Shown here: one piece after another, positions 18,849 through 29,663 of the stretch
How the letters are laid out: each line of letters opens with the position of its first letter
How positions within the stretch are numbered: the stretch's first letter is position 1
Source of the DNA: Bacteroidales bacterium
Lineage (GTDB): Bacteria; Bacteroidota; Bacteroidia; Bacteroidales; JAAUTT01
Direction of reading: 5' to 3'
Assembly: GCA_038320545.1 (NCBI GenBank)
Contig: JBBQEI010000022.1
Coordinates: 2,159-66,158, forward strand
Length of the DNA stretch: 64,000 nt
Translations under genes and position numbers: made by a program
The notes under the pieces: generated by a model
The model's database searches: none
What the model saw: the letters and a program-made list of their open reading frames with translations, nothing else
Told to the model about the DNA's origin: nothing

Positions 18849-18893
18849 GATTTCTCCCTGTACCCACTTGCTGCGGGCACAGGGAGAAATGAC
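18849..18893. repeat. Palindromic hairpin element
   Basis: ATTTCTCCCTGTACCC-loop-GGGCACAGGGAGAAAT. Confidence 0.65.
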
Positions 18894-18993
18894 AATGCAT
18901 TGTAGGATTGTGGTTTATCCCTGCCATGCATCTATTCTCCACAACAGGATTCGTTTAAACAGACCAGCAACAAGAAACTACCCTTGCAGTACC

Positions 18994-20342
18994 TTAAGGA
19001 TTCCGGTGGCATTCGGTGCAGGTATAATCGTTCCAATCGGTTCCAATGTCAACAGGGTGCTCGAAAGTTAATTCGTTATTGAGTGAAACCGATTTTGTTT
19101 TACCTGTACTGCCCTGTGCAACAATGGTGAGAAACAGATTACAATCTTTGGAAATTACTTTCCCCAGTTGTTCACATGCCGTCCGTTATGACACCTGAAA
19201 CAGCCATCGGAACTTAAATGTCCTATATGATTCAGGTAAGTTGTACCTGTAATATTCATTTCAGGGAAATTATTTTTAAAATATTCCTGTTGAATACCCG
19301 TAATTGCCTTATCTATAAGCTTTTTATCTTTGGCCAAAATTTCCAGATGCTTTTCCTGATAATAACTGTAGATACCTTGTTTATTCATTAGTTTGGCCGA
19401 ATCCGTAGTATAAAAAGGATCTTTCAGAGCCCTCATAGCAGCTTTTTTGATATAATGAAGCTCTTTGGGAATAGTACCTGCAAGCTAGGCATTGTTTACA
19501 TTGAACTGGTGAGAAGGCCTGTTAAGGCAATCCAAACAATCGAAAGTACGATTTTCAAGGCTGTCGATTACTCCTTTACGAGGCATGTTTTCTTCATCAG
19601 TATATAAATGAGTTTTCCCGGTTTTTATATTGGTATATTTTACCTATGGTATATTTTCTCTGTAGTTTGTTGAAGCTTTGTATTCGATGCGAATATCAGG
19701 GTTTATGTGCCAGTGAATACCTTCCTTTAATCCCATTGCGCTATATTCCGGTCCTATTTTCATCAACATAGATATGTTCCAGTCCGTGTTTGTTGAATCG
19801 GATAAAAAGCTCCGTTGTACTCTTAATTTTTTAGCATAAATTTTTTCGGGTCAATGACAATTTTCGCAGGTTTCGCGTGCCGGCCGAAGATCATGTATTG
19901 GAGTGGCAATAGGTCGACTGTATTTTTTAAAAGTAACAGAATAAACCTGGTATAATCCCGCTAATTTAGATTTAACATACCAGTCTGCTCCTTCACCCAC
20001 ATTACTTTCGACATATTTAACCCTGGCATGAGGAGAATTCATGTATGTGGCATATTCCGAATTCATAACCGAATGACAGAGTTTGCCACAAAAATTGACT
20101 GATTCTGAATAACAATAAACCTGATAACTACCTGCTGCAGAAATCAAAACAAATACCAGAGTTATAATAGAGACAATCCCTAAATGTACCCGTTGTTTTT
20201 TAAGGTTCAAATTTAAAACCGGCCAGTTAGTGGCATTAACATCGGTAGTCCCCTTTCTGATTTTTCTCATTTTCAGAAACATACCGGCAAATATCATTAC
20301 TATTCCAATAAACAGAAGTGCAGGCAGTACGAGAAAATGCAC
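18994..20342 (-). pseudogene. Degraded NapC/NirT-like membrane-anchored multiheme cytochrome c
   Basis: Intact CGKLCH, CENCH, CFRCH and CTECH motifs; eroded motifs YVESN and CLDCL; in-frame stops at 19851-19853 (TGA) and 19644-19646 (TAG), probably former Trp codons; further frameshift or deletion downstream; N-terminus missing. Confidence 0.85.
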
Positions 20343-20379
20343 CCTTCAGGCAACCTCATTTGGTCACCTGAATGAAAAA

Positions 20380-22416
20380 TTATTCATTCCGGATTACAAA
20401 AATTTTCTTATTCACTTCATCTCCTTGTGAAGTAATTAATTTAACCATGTATAATCCGTTTTTAAATCCTGAAAGATCAATTGTACTGGTATTTTGATTT
20501 TGTAAAATCAACTGACCGCCAGTGTTATATATTTTAATTTTTGGATAATTATTTAGATCCGAAATCCTCAATAAGCCAGTTGTCGGATTTGGAAATAACA
20601 CTACTTCACTATTGTCGTGTTTAGATTCTTTTAAACCCGTTGAAATACTTTGAAGTTTTTCGTACAATTCGGGAACGTCCGTCATGAAGATTGTATAAGG
20701 ATTGTTATAAAAGCTTATAAAATCATTTACTGCAGGGTGACCCGGGTATGGTGCGTAATGATGGGTGGTGCTTGCATTTCGCCATACACATGCATAGGCT
20801 ATCTTTCTGGTTTTATCGTTTGTTTGAATTCCCTTTAACAGGGTTTGGGTAAACCAGTTTGTAGTTTCTATTTTTTCCTGGCCCACTTCGGTTAAAGCAC
20901 AAACTTTTCCTTTCTCAGTAGCCATTTCCGACAGTAAAGTAAGGCTGTTGGTGAATGCGGCCATATCTGTGTTATTATATCGTAGATCCCAATAGTCGTC
21001 AAATCCTAAAATATCCACAAATGAATCTCCCGGCCAGCGGTCCATATAAGCTGTTTTGGTCGAAAAACGATCGGGGGAATAGGCAAACAGAACATTATGA
21101 ACCTGGCAACTATCGTTCAGGTAGTTTTTAGTGAATTTCCACAAATCGATAAATTGCTGTTTTGTGCAATTACCGGATCCCCACCAGAACCAGCTTCCTG
21201 TGTGTTCGTGCCATGGACGGAAAATAACGGGCACAGATTCGCCATTGGCACCTTTCAAATCTTTAAAGAAATTAGCCAGATTATTAAGCTGAGACTTGAA
21301 CCAGATATTTTTAAGACCACCAGGTAAAATATCGCCTACAATGTTTTTTCCCAAGGTGAGTTCGCTTTGATTGAATTTCCCTTCGTACGGATCGGCACAA
21401 TGCCATTCAAAAGTATTTATCCCACCAAGATTATAAAATTTCTCAACGCGATATTTATCGCGGCTGTAATCCTGCCCTGTAGCAATGCCAGCCACTCCCC
21501 ATGCCCCCAATGCAGGATATGATCCGCAAACGTCTTTTACATCTGACCTGTCGTCGTCATTGGACCAACCAACTCCATAACCGGTAGCATCCTGGTGGCC
21601 GAAAAGCATTTTCTGACCAGAGAAATAACGAAGGTTATCATACAATATCTTTGTACGTCGTGTTGCTTTTGAATCGGCAAGTACAACCTGAGAAAGTTCA
21701 GCTTCTTTATTTTCCTCCGTTTCATATGTAATTACTGCCTGGTTCAGGCTAGTAACAGCCTGGTCAATTTGCTGCTGGGTTGCTGAAGAGTTACCGAAGG
21801 TAGTTTCAGCCTGGCTTATTGCTGTTTGTAATTCAATTCTGGCGGCATCAGGAAAGGCACCTGGAGTACTTCCAGCATTAGTTTTTTCATAAAATAACTT
21901 AGCATTGCCAATTCCTTTTTTTAATCCCTGCGTAAGTAAAGTGTGGAGTGTTATTGATTCTATCAGTACGATACCCGATTTAGGAGTTGTTGAACCTCCC
22001 TCGAAATAAAAATATATATATTGTAAAACCCTTGTTGCTGAAGAAGAAATAAGAAAAGAAACATCGGTAAACTGATCGCCCGATGTAACATTTTTTTGTA
22101 ACCAGTCATTTGAATTATCAGCATATACCGGTTTAGCTGTAAATTGAAAATTGACATCCGATTTAATCCTGATCCGGAGTTCGTATGTAGAGAGCGAAAT
22201 ATCGGAAACTTTCAGGTTAAACTGGTCCCAGGCATCGCTTGCGGGTGTTCGGTTATAGGTAACTTTAAGAATATTCCCTTCGAGTTGAAAGCTAAATGTT
22301 TCTCCTGTTTTATTCCAGTTAACGAGATTCCCCGACGAAAAGCCATCTATACTTTGTTGTGCATTTAACGATGCAAACAAGCCTAGTAGCAATGATAATA
22401 ACAAGTAACGGATCAT
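20380..22416 (-). CDS. GH26 endo-beta-1,4-mannanase with N-terminal accessory domain, FIVAR-like helical domain and T9SS C-terminal sorting domain
   Basis: FGHQDA, SDVKDVCG, FRPWHEHTGSWFWWG (acid/base Glu), ALTEVG (nucleophile), VWRNA; C-terminal LFPNPT...GLYMVKL...KKIFV. Confidence 0.92.
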   Translation of the reverse strand: MIRYLLLSLLLGLFASLNAQQSIDGFSSGNLVNWNKTGETFSFQLEGNILKVTYNRTPASDAWDQFNLKVSDISLSTYELRIRIKSDVNFQFTAKPVYADNSNDWLQKNVTSGDQFTDVSFLISSSATRVLQYIYFYFEGGSTTPKSGIVLIESITLHTLLTQGLKKGIGNAKLFYEKTNAGSTPGAFPDAARIELQTAISQAETTFGNSSATQQQIDQAVTSLNQAVITYETEENKEAELSQVVLADSKATRRTKILYDNLRYFSGQKMLFGHQDATGYGVGWSNDDDRSDVKDVCGSYPALGAWGVAGIATGQDYSRDKYRVEKFYNLGGINTFEWHCADPYEGKFNQSELTLGKNIVGDILPGGLKNIWFKSQLNNLANFFKDLKGANGESVPVIFRPWHEHTGSWFWWGSGNCTKQQFIDLWKFTKNYLNDSCQVHNVLFAYSPDRFSTKTAYMDRWPGDSFVDILGFDDYWDLRYNNTDMAAFTNSLTLLSEMATEKGKVCALTEVGQEKIETTNWFTQTLLKGIQTNDKTRKIAYACVWRNASTTHHYAPYPGHPAVNDFISFYNNPYTIFMTDVPELYEKLQSISTGLKESKHDNSEVVLFPNPTTGLLRISDLNNYPKIKIYNTGGQLILQNQNTSTIDLSGFKNGLYMVKLITSQGDEVNKKIFVIRNE

Positions 22417-22775
22417 AATATTTTAATTTTGTTAATAACAAAAACACTTTAAAAAAGAACAAGAAACAACAGAAACACTGCCATAGCTATTCCAAACACA
22501 ATCAATAAAGATTCAATAATTATCAGGCGTGTTTCAGAGCCAATTTTAAATTTAAGAAATTTCACGTTATAATAAAATTTATAACAGCCAGGCTGTCGAA
22601 AGGTATAGAGTCTGTTTAAAAAGGTAAAAAATACGAAGGCACAATAGACACGAAATAAATATATTGAAAAAAATCACTTTGTGTCCTCGTGGCTTCGTGT
22701 TCTATTTGTATTTTCCGACTTTTTACACAGCATCATCTGTGAAAAATGCTGACCAATGAAGTTTGTTTTGGAAAT

Positions 22776-22812
22776 CCCTGCAGGCCCTGCATGACAAGCA
22801 TGCAGGGAACCA
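22776..22812. terminator. Hairpin between the SGBP and GH26 genes (possible terminator or processing site)
   Basis: CCCTGCATG-ACAAG-CATGCAGGG stem; a (CTA)n microsatellite follows at about 22824-22841. Confidence 0.45.
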
Positions 22813-22883
22813 CCGGGACAGAACTACTACTACTACTACTTTTGTATGAACTACAAACTACACTCGTCAGTCTCTTGCATATG

Positions 22884-24563
22884 CTATTCCTGTTTGAGAT
22901 TTGAATCCAGAGGTACTGTTGTGAAAACGAAATAATCAAGGTCTACTTCAAATGGACCGCTTGCAATATTACCACTACGAATATTTATATTTACAGTAAA
23001 TGGTTTGGAGATATCAAACTTATCGGCTGATCCACCCCAAACGGATAAAGTTGCAGGATCGAATTTTAAAGAACGCCATTCCCAATTACCATTGGTAGGT
23101 TTAAACATATAGTTATCACCATATGGACCACCATTAGGAAGCTGGTCGGCAAGTTTATTTTCGCCCTGTACAAACTCAAGTACAGTATATCCGTTGGCAT
23201 TTCCTGTGTTAACCAGGTAATTGATATAAATACCGTTTGAATAAGTTATCGGATCAAGGGTAACATTATTATTGGAAGCTATAGCTCCAACCCAATCCCA
23301 TGTGCCGGTTACAGTATATTTGTATGTAGCATATTTATTGCCCTGGAAATAACCAGTAAGTCCGGAACCACCATTTTCAACATAAGGAACCGATCCCCCC
23401 AATTGAGCTTCAGCATCCCAAACCAGCGTTGGATTTAAAGGTCCGTCAGTGATCATTACCTGATCCACCATAATTTCGAATTCATCGCCAGCTCCAACAT
23501 TACCACCACGGAACCATAAGTCGATTTTTTCAATTTTGCTCTTAATATCGGACCAACCCATTTTTTCGAGGTCATACGATCTCCATTCCCAGTCGGTGGT
23601 AGAAATCATGTAGTTATCACTGTATTGGCCACCCTGACCTGTAAAGTGTTTGTCCGATTCGGTTCCGGCAATTGTGAGGGCAGGATTAATATATCCTTTT
23701 TTACCTTTGGTATTTACCAGGAATGTAATGTATGGTTTATTGAAAGCAGAGAGATCAAATCCCTGACCATTATTAGTGCTGGTTAATCTGATGTAGCAAC
23801 CATTCCAGCCATTTCCGGCAGCAGAATTTACTTCATATGCTTTGCCAAAAAATCCATTCACCAATGATGCTGTGAAAGAACTTCCTCCCCAACCCTCGGT
23901 AGTGGAAGGTGTCGATTCAAAATCCCAGAGCATAATGGTTTGCTGAGGCAAATATGTATTTTTAGCAGCTATTACAGGTAATTCAGGAGAAGATTTTTTA
24001 TCGCCTGCTTTAGGAGTAATCTCTATTATTGCAGTTTCTCCCAGGTCAATACCTGCAGTGGCATATGATACTTTGGTTGGCGATGCTGCGCCCACTAATG
24101 AAACTACTTTACCATTTATCTTTACTTCTTTTATCAGATCAAGATTCTGACCTTTTAAAACAAATGGTTTTCCACGTTGTATTTCAGTAGGCCAAACTTC
24201 AACATTAGCAGGATAAAACTGCGGCTTTAAAATTTCGATACTGATAAATTGACGTTTGTAAGAATTGGTGAGATTAATTGGACCACCTTCGATTACTCTG
24301 GGGATAATCACACGCATGTAATTATCTTCCTTTTCCACAATGGTGAAATTATAAACATCTACGCCAACATTCGAAACAGTTTTAAGGTTTTCGCCTTCAA
24401 TGCGGATGGTATCCCCAACAAAAGGTTTATCGTTCGAAATTGCATTTATGATGGCAACGGGAAGGTTGATATCATAATCCTGTGAATATGGATCTTCGCT
24501 GCAGCCAGGAAAAAAAGAGGCAAATGCAGCCATGAAAGAAAAAATGAATAATATCTTTTTCAT
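22884..24563 (-). CDS. Surface glycan-binding lipoprotein (SusE/SGBP-B-like) with IPT/TIG and tandem carbohydrate-binding domains
   Basis: Lipobox FPGC, IPT-like GDTIRIEGENL, two Trp-rich domains each with a WEWRS motif; directly downstream of susD. Confidence 0.8.
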   Translation of the reverse strand: MKKILFIFSFMAAFASFFPGCSEDPYSQDYDINLPVAIINAISNDKPFVGDTIRIEGENLKTVSNVGVDVYNFTIVEKEDNYMRVIIPRVIEGGPINLTNSYKRQFISIEILKPQFYPANVEVWPTEIQRGKPFVLKGQNLDLIKEVKINGKVVSLVGAASPTKVSYATAGIDLGETAIIEITPKAGDKKSSPELPVIAAKNTYLPQQTIMLWDFESTPSTTEGWGGSSFTASLVNGFFGKAYEVNSAAGNGWNGCYIRLTSTNNGQGFDLSAFNKPYITFLVNTKGKKGYINPALTIAGTESDKHFTGQGGQYSDNYMISTTDWEWRSYDLEKMGWSDIKSKIEKIDLWFRGGNVGAGDEFEIMVDQVMITDGPLNPTLVWDAEAQLGGSVPYVENGGSGLTGYFQGNKYATYKYTVTGTWDWVGAIASNNNVTLDPITYSNGIYINYLVNTGNANGYTVLEFVQGENKLADQLPNGGPYGDNYMFKPTNGNWEWRSLKFDPATLSVWGGSADKFDISKPFTVNINIRSGNIASGPFEVDLDYFVFTTVPLDSNLKQE

Positions 24564-24584
24564 ATATTTTTAAACTTTTTTAGA

Positions 24585-26246
24585 TTAATTATAACCTGGA
24601 TTCTGTTCCATTCCCCATGCCTGAACTTCAGTTTGAGGTATCGGAAGAAGAGGCACCTTATTTCCATTAGGACCATCGATAGACTTGCTTAAAGCATTTG
24701 CCTTGATGTTTGCATATCTGTACAAATCAGCATAAGGTTGTCCTTCAACACGTTTTTGATCTTTCTCAGCATCCATAACATCAAAGAATCTTCCGGTTCT
24801 CACCAGGTCATAAAAACGAAGTTGTTCCATAGCCAGTTCTAAGCGGCGTTCTTTCCAGATATCCTGAAGTAACTGAGCGCCTGAAGAAGCAATGTTAGGA
24901 AGGTTTACATTAGCAGGTGCGCCGCTGTAATCCATTTTTCCTTCGGCAAAACCTATGCAAAAAGTACTATTACGTGCTCTTTGACGAACTTGGTTTACTT
25001 TGGCCAGTGCTTCGGCTTCTTTTCCAATATAGTAAGCAGCTTCAGCATTCATAAGCAATACGTCAGCATAACGGATAATTTTGATATTTCTGTCGCTTGC
25101 TTTTGCCTGAGCAGGTTTCACCGGAAGGGCAGCCTTGCGGTTTAACCAATCAGTACCTTGTTCCTGACGGTCGTATTTTCTCTTTTTCCCGTAAAGAATT
25201 CCATTGTTATAGGTTTCTCCGTAAATAACACACGATAAACGCGGATCAGTGGCATCGTAAGCAGCAACAAGGTCTTTGGTAGGATTATTAAAACCCCAGC
25301 CTGAATCATCTTTACGGTTACCCTGGAAATTATAGAAATTAGTTCCGATAGAAGCTGGCGCCAGATCAGTTGAACCTACTCCAAATTGAATTTCGAACAG
25401 CGACTCTTCATTGTTTTTATTTTCTGTTTCCAGAAGTTTCGCATAGTTCGTCATTAAAGTATATTCTCCGGAAGAAATTACAGCACTTGTTAAATCGTAA
25501 ACCTGCTGCCATGATGTTTGGCTGGCTTTATCGGTTCCAATCTGATACATATAAATACGTGCAAGTAATGCTCTTGCTGCTCCTTTAGTTGCCCGGCCCG
25601 TTTCTGAAACACCATACCCACTTTTTTCAGGAAGTAATTCGATAGCCTGAGTGAGATCTGCAGAAATTTGTGTATACACTTCGTTGATAGAAGCTCTTTT
25701 CACGTTTCCGAAATCGGATGGTTTTACTGAACTTGTGAATATAGGTACTCCACCATACACCCTTACCAGGTACCAATAAAAATAAGCTCTCAGGAAAAGT
25801 GATTCTCCGGTTAACCTGTCACGTAAACTTGGATCCCATTGAACATTTGGCAACGATTCGAGCACATAATTTGCACGAGATACGCCCCAAAAACCATGAA
25901 TCCAAAAGGAAGACGACATGGACTGTGAAGGTTTTAAGTCCCAGTTTACAAGGTCACGGAATTCAAGGTAATCGCCAGCATTACTGCCTTTTTCAGCATC
26001 GTCCGAAATAATATCTCCAATAAACCAATCGTGGTGGTGAGCCATCCACTGACCATCGGGACCAGCTCCTTCATCTAATTGTAATTGATCGTAAATACCA
26101 TTTACAGCTCTTACTGCATTTTCTTTTTGCAGAAAAAAGTTATCGCTGTTTTCTGATCCCTGAGGTTTAAGCTCCAGGAAATCGTTGCAACCCGACAATG
26201 AAATTGCCACGATTGCAGTAATTATATAGAATTTTAGTTTTTTCAT
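24585..26246 (-). CDS. susD: SusD/RagB family glycan-binding lipoprotein
   Basis: Lipobox LSGC, FLRAYFYWYLVRVYGGVP, IRYADVLLMNAEA, ERRLELAME..RFYDLVR, C-terminal QNPGY. Confidence 0.96.
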   Translation of the reverse strand: MKKLKFYIITAIVAISLSGCNDFLELKPQGSENSDNFFLQKENAVRAVNGIYDQLQLDEGAGPDGQWMAHHHDWFIGDIISDDAEKGSNAGDYLEFRDLVNWDLKPSQSMSSSFWIHGFWGVSRANYVLESLPNVQWDPSLRDRLTGESLFLRAYFYWYLVRVYGGVPIFTSSVKPSDFGNVKRASINEVYTQISADLTQAIELLPEKSGYGVSETGRATKGAARALLARIYMYQIGTDKASQTSWQQVYDLTSAVISSGEYTLMTNYAKLLETENKNNEESLFEIQFGVGSTDLAPASIGTNFYNFQGNRKDDSGWGFNNPTKDLVAAYDATDPRLSCVIYGETYNNGILYGKKRKYDRQEQGTDWLNRKAALPVKPAQAKASDRNIKIIRYADVLLMNAEAAYYIGKEAEALAKVNQVRQRARNSTFCIGFAEGKMDYSGAPANVNLPNIASSGAQLLQDIWKERRLELAMEQLRFYDLVRTGRFFDVMDAEKDQKRVEGQPYADLYRYANIKANALSKSIDGPNGNKVPLLPIPQTEVQAWGMEQNPGYN

Positions 26247-26283
26247 CTTTTTCCCAATATTTTTAAAATTAAATCCCTTGCTG

Positions 26284-29200
26284 TTATAATGTAATGTTTA
26301 ATCCAAGAGAGAATGTGCGTGGCTGAGGATAGTTAACCAGATCGACACCATAGTAAAAAGGATTACCATATAAACCGAATAATTCAGGATCGAGGCCGGT
26401 ATATTTGGTAAATGTGAAGAGGTTATCGAACGAGGCATATACACGCATATTTTTAATGCGTAATTTGCTCATCATCGAATTTGGTAAAGTATATCCCAAT
26501 TGAATATTTTTAATTCTCAGGTAAGAACCATCTTCAACCCAACGATCGGAGAACCTCTCATCATTTTTATTAGGGTCGCCGGCAGTTAACCTTGGAACAT
26601 CGGAACCAGGTCTTTCAGGAGTCCAGTGATTCAAAGCCATATCGCGGCTGATATTGGTTTCGAACATTCGCGATGAATACAACGACTGGTACATGGCGTT
26701 CACTATTTCATTTCCATATGAACCATTCATGAATATTACCATGTCAATATTCTTATAACTTAGGTTAATATTCAAACCACCAGTAAAAACAGGCGATGCA
26801 CTGCCTAAATAAGTCATATCGTCTTCGGTAATTTTACCATCACCATTTAAGTCCTGGAAAATAACATCGCCAAGTTGGGCTTCCGGTTGAATAGGAAGAT
26901 CGTTTAAACTATGTGCTGTAAGCTGATCCTGAGTTTTATATATACCAGATGTTTTATATCCATAGAAATAAGCTATTTCGCGACCAACTTCTGTTTTGGT
27001 AGTATTACCCGAACGGCCTACGCCTCCTGAGCGGATAGGATCGCCACCGGCTAAACTGGTAATTTCGTTATGGATAAAGGTGAGATTTAAACCAACATTG
27101 TATTTGAAGTCGTTAAGTGCAGAGTTAGAATAATTAACTGAAAACTCATAGCCTTTATTCGACATGGTACCGGCATTTACATTTGGCCGTTGTTTACCTG
27201 CATAAATAGGGATAGGACGGCTAAGTATCATATCTTTGGTATTGCGGATAAAATAATCGACACTACCTGTTAAAGAATTGTTAAAAAACCCGTAGTCCAA
27301 ACCAAAGTTATATTGTTCAGCCGATTCCCAGGATAATTCCCGGTTGGAAAGTTTGCGCTGAATAGCACCATCAATTGGTACTCCGTTGTATGCATACACA
27401 TAACCACCGGCAACACTCGATACATAGTCAAAATCACCAGCACTTCCCTGGTTTCCAACAATACCCCATCCGGCACGTAATTTAAAAGTACTCACTGCCT
27501 CTTTCACACTACCAAGAAATGATTCATTAGCAACATTCCAGCCTGCAGAAAAGGATGGAAAGTAACCCCAACGTTTATCTTTCATAAATTTTGAGCTACC
27601 ATCAACACGGAGAGTTCCGGTTAAAAGGAATCTGTTATCCCAAGAAAAATTTGATCTGAAAAAACCGGAAGCCAAACGGTTTTGACCAGCTCCTCCACCT
27701 AAATCAAATTTAACGATGTCCTTATGAGCACCAAGATATTGAAGATCGGCGTTTTCAGGTACATTGTATCCCTTAGCCCAAATATCGCTTCCAAAGTACG
27801 ATTGAACTTCCATACCGAGGGTTGAATTTATGTTCAGCTTGTTAACTGTAGCATTATAAGAGAAATAGTTGGTGTTCGACCAGTTATTTCCAGTATAGCG
27901 ACTTTCATAAAGAGTTTGGTCGTCATTTTTCTGGGTAGGGGTAACAAAATATTTAGGACTGAAACTTTTCGAAGTTGAAAAATTCAATTGTTTCCCATAT
28001 TGAGACCTGAATGAAAGACCTTTCACCAAAATATCGTCTATTTGCAGGAAAAAATTTCCGATAAATCGATTTTCGCCCGATTTGGAAAACCCATTTTGCC
28101 AAATACCTAATGCAGGATTTGTACATGCCTGTGAATAATATATTTCACCATAGAATTCGTTATAGTTGTCCCAAGCTGCCGAAATTGGATCGGAACGAAG
28201 AGCTCCAGGGATAATACCACTATAGAAATCAGTTTTTTCTCCTGGTTTTTCATACCATACATAGTTCATATTTATTCCCAGTTTCACCTTTTTTGTTAGA
28301 CTGAAATTGTTATTGGTGTGCATCATCACTTTATTCAGATACGAACCTTTCACTATACCTTCCTGAGCGGAGTAGGTAACACCATGATCGTAGCTGTAAT
28401 TTTCACTGCCACCTAATATACTTACATTATAGCGCTGATTGACGGCATTGCGGTAAATTTCCTTTTGCCAGTCGGTACCATTCAGGTAATTACCATTTGC
28501 CTGGTTATCGAGAACTAAATTGATGATATCATCTGTATTTCCAAGATCTTTACGGGCGGCAGCAAACTGTGTGGCATCGGCAAGGTCAAGAGTTCTTGCT
28601 ACCTGAGATACACCAGTTAAAACATTTGCCTGTACTTCCAGCTTGCGATTTTTCGAACCAGTTCTTGTTTTCACAAGGATTACCCCGTTTGCACCTCTGG
28701 ATCCATAAATGGCAGTAGCCGAAGCATCTTTCAATACTTCCATACTCTCAATGTCGGTTGGTGCAATATGACTGATATCGCTGGAAGGAAAACCATCGAC
28801 AACATACAATGGATCGGAATTATTGATGGTACCGATACCACGTACACGGATTGTAGTTCCGGAACCCGGATTACCAGAATTTGAAATAACATTTACACCT
28901 GCAAGGCGTCCCTGCATAGCCTGTGCAGCATCGATGGTTGATACCTTTCTGATATCGTCCACATTAACTTTGGCAACACTTCCGGTTAAATCACTTTTAC
29001 GCATCACACCATATCCTACAACAACAACTTCTTCCATTGCCAGAGCAGCAGATTCAAGCTCTACAAAAATGTTAGGTGATACAGCAAGGGTTGCCGACTC
29101 ATAACCAATAAACGACACTGTAACCGTTTTAACAGTTTCAGGTATATTTAATACAAATTCACCGTTTAGGTCGGTGCTAGTGCCAATAGTTGTGCCTACA

Positions 29201-29328
29201 ACCGAAATTGCAGCTCCCGGCAAAGGTTCTTTAGTGTTTTTATCCACAACTTTTCCACGCATGGTTGTTTGCGCATAAGTTGTAAAGAAAAACCCTACCA
29301 GTAAAATAAACAGGACAGTTTTCTTCAT
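26284..29328 (-). CDS. susC: SusC/RagA family TonB-dependent transporter
   Basis: EEVVVVGYG, plug motif LKDASATAIYGSRGANGVILV, EDGSYLRIKNIQLGY, YPQPRTFSLGLNITL. Confidence 0.97.
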   Translation of the reverse strand: MKKTVLFILLVGFFFTTYAQTTMRGKVVDKNTKEPLPGAAISVVGTTIGTSTDLNGEFVLNIPETVKTVTVSFIGYESATLAVSPNIFVELESAALAMEEVVVVGYGVMRKSDLTGSVAKVNVDDIRKVSTIDAAQAMQGRLAGVNVISNSGNPGSGTTIRVRGIGTINNSDPLYVVDGFPSSDISHIAPTDIESMEVLKDASATAIYGSRGANGVILVKTRTGSKNRKLEVQANVLTGVSQVARTLDLADATQFAAARKDLGNTDDIINLVLDNQANGNYLNGTDWQKEIYRNAVNQRYNVSILGGSENYSYDHGVTYSAQEGIVKGSYLNKVMMHTNNNFSLTKKVKLGINMNYVWYEKPGEKTDFYSGIIPGALRSDPISAAWDNYNEFYGEIYYSQACTNPALGIWQNGFSKSGENRFIGNFFLQIDDILVKGLSFRSQYGKQLNFSTSKSFSPKYFVTPTQKNDDQTLYESRYTGNNWSNTNYFSYNATVNKLNINSTLGMEVQSYFGSDIWAKGYNVPENADLQYLGAHKDIVKFDLGGGAGQNRLASGFFRSNFSWDNRFLLTGTLRVDGSSKFMKDKRWGYFPSFSAGWNVANESFLGSVKEAVSTFKLRAGWGIVGNQGSAGDFDYVSSVAGGYVYAYNGVPIDGAIQRKLSNRELSWESAEQYNFGLDYGFFNNSLTGSVDYFIRNTKDMILSRPIPIYAGKQRPNVNAGTMSNKGYEFSVNYSNSALNDFKYNVGLNLTFIHNEITSLAGGDPIRSGGVGRSGNTTKTEVGREIAYFYGYKTSGIYKTQDQLTAHSLNDLPIQPEAQLGDVIFQDLNGDGKITEDDMTYLGSASPVFTGGLNINLSYKNIDMVIFMNGSYGNEIVNAMYQSLYSSRMFETNISRDMALNHWTPERPGSDVPRLTAGDPNKNDERFSDRWVEDGSYLRIKNIQLGYTLPNSMMSKLRIKNMRVYASFDNLFTFTKYTGLDPELFGLYGNPFYYGVDLVNYPQPRTFSLGLNITL

Positions 29329-29494
29329 AGAATTTAGTTTTCTGATTTTAATTAATAAATAGTAGTTATATCGATTGTGCCGATATCCTCGTTAATAAAA
29401 GTCTGGTTCGGTTGGCCCTAATAAAATATTCAGAAAAAAGCCTAATTCACCGGACGCACAAAACTATATGGAGTAGCCATATTATTATAAATTA

Positions 29495-29568
29495 CATGTT
29501 ACATACTTTAAATATCCCACGATATATTATTTAATATTATGTCTCATTTCTTTTCGAGCATGTTACAT
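29495..29568. promoter_or_regulatory. Candidate HTCS/AraC operator direct repeats
   Basis: CATGTTACAT at 29495 and 29559, TATGTCTCAT at 29538 (21 bp before the second copy), in the divergent susC/HTCS intergenic region. Confidence 0.45.
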
Positions 29569-29663
29569 GAATTTTTTATCTATCTGTTTATCTCCTGTTT
29601 AACTAAGAACAGCAATACACCTTTGAAAAATTGTATGATATTTCCATTAATTTTGTTTGCTAA

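Noticed and set aside
19851-19853. In-frame TGA in the cytochrome gene as selenocysteine or Trp recoding
   Set aside because: The same gene has an in-frame TAG, eroded CxxCH motifs and further disruptions, and other genes here use TGA as a stop. Pseudogenization explains it.
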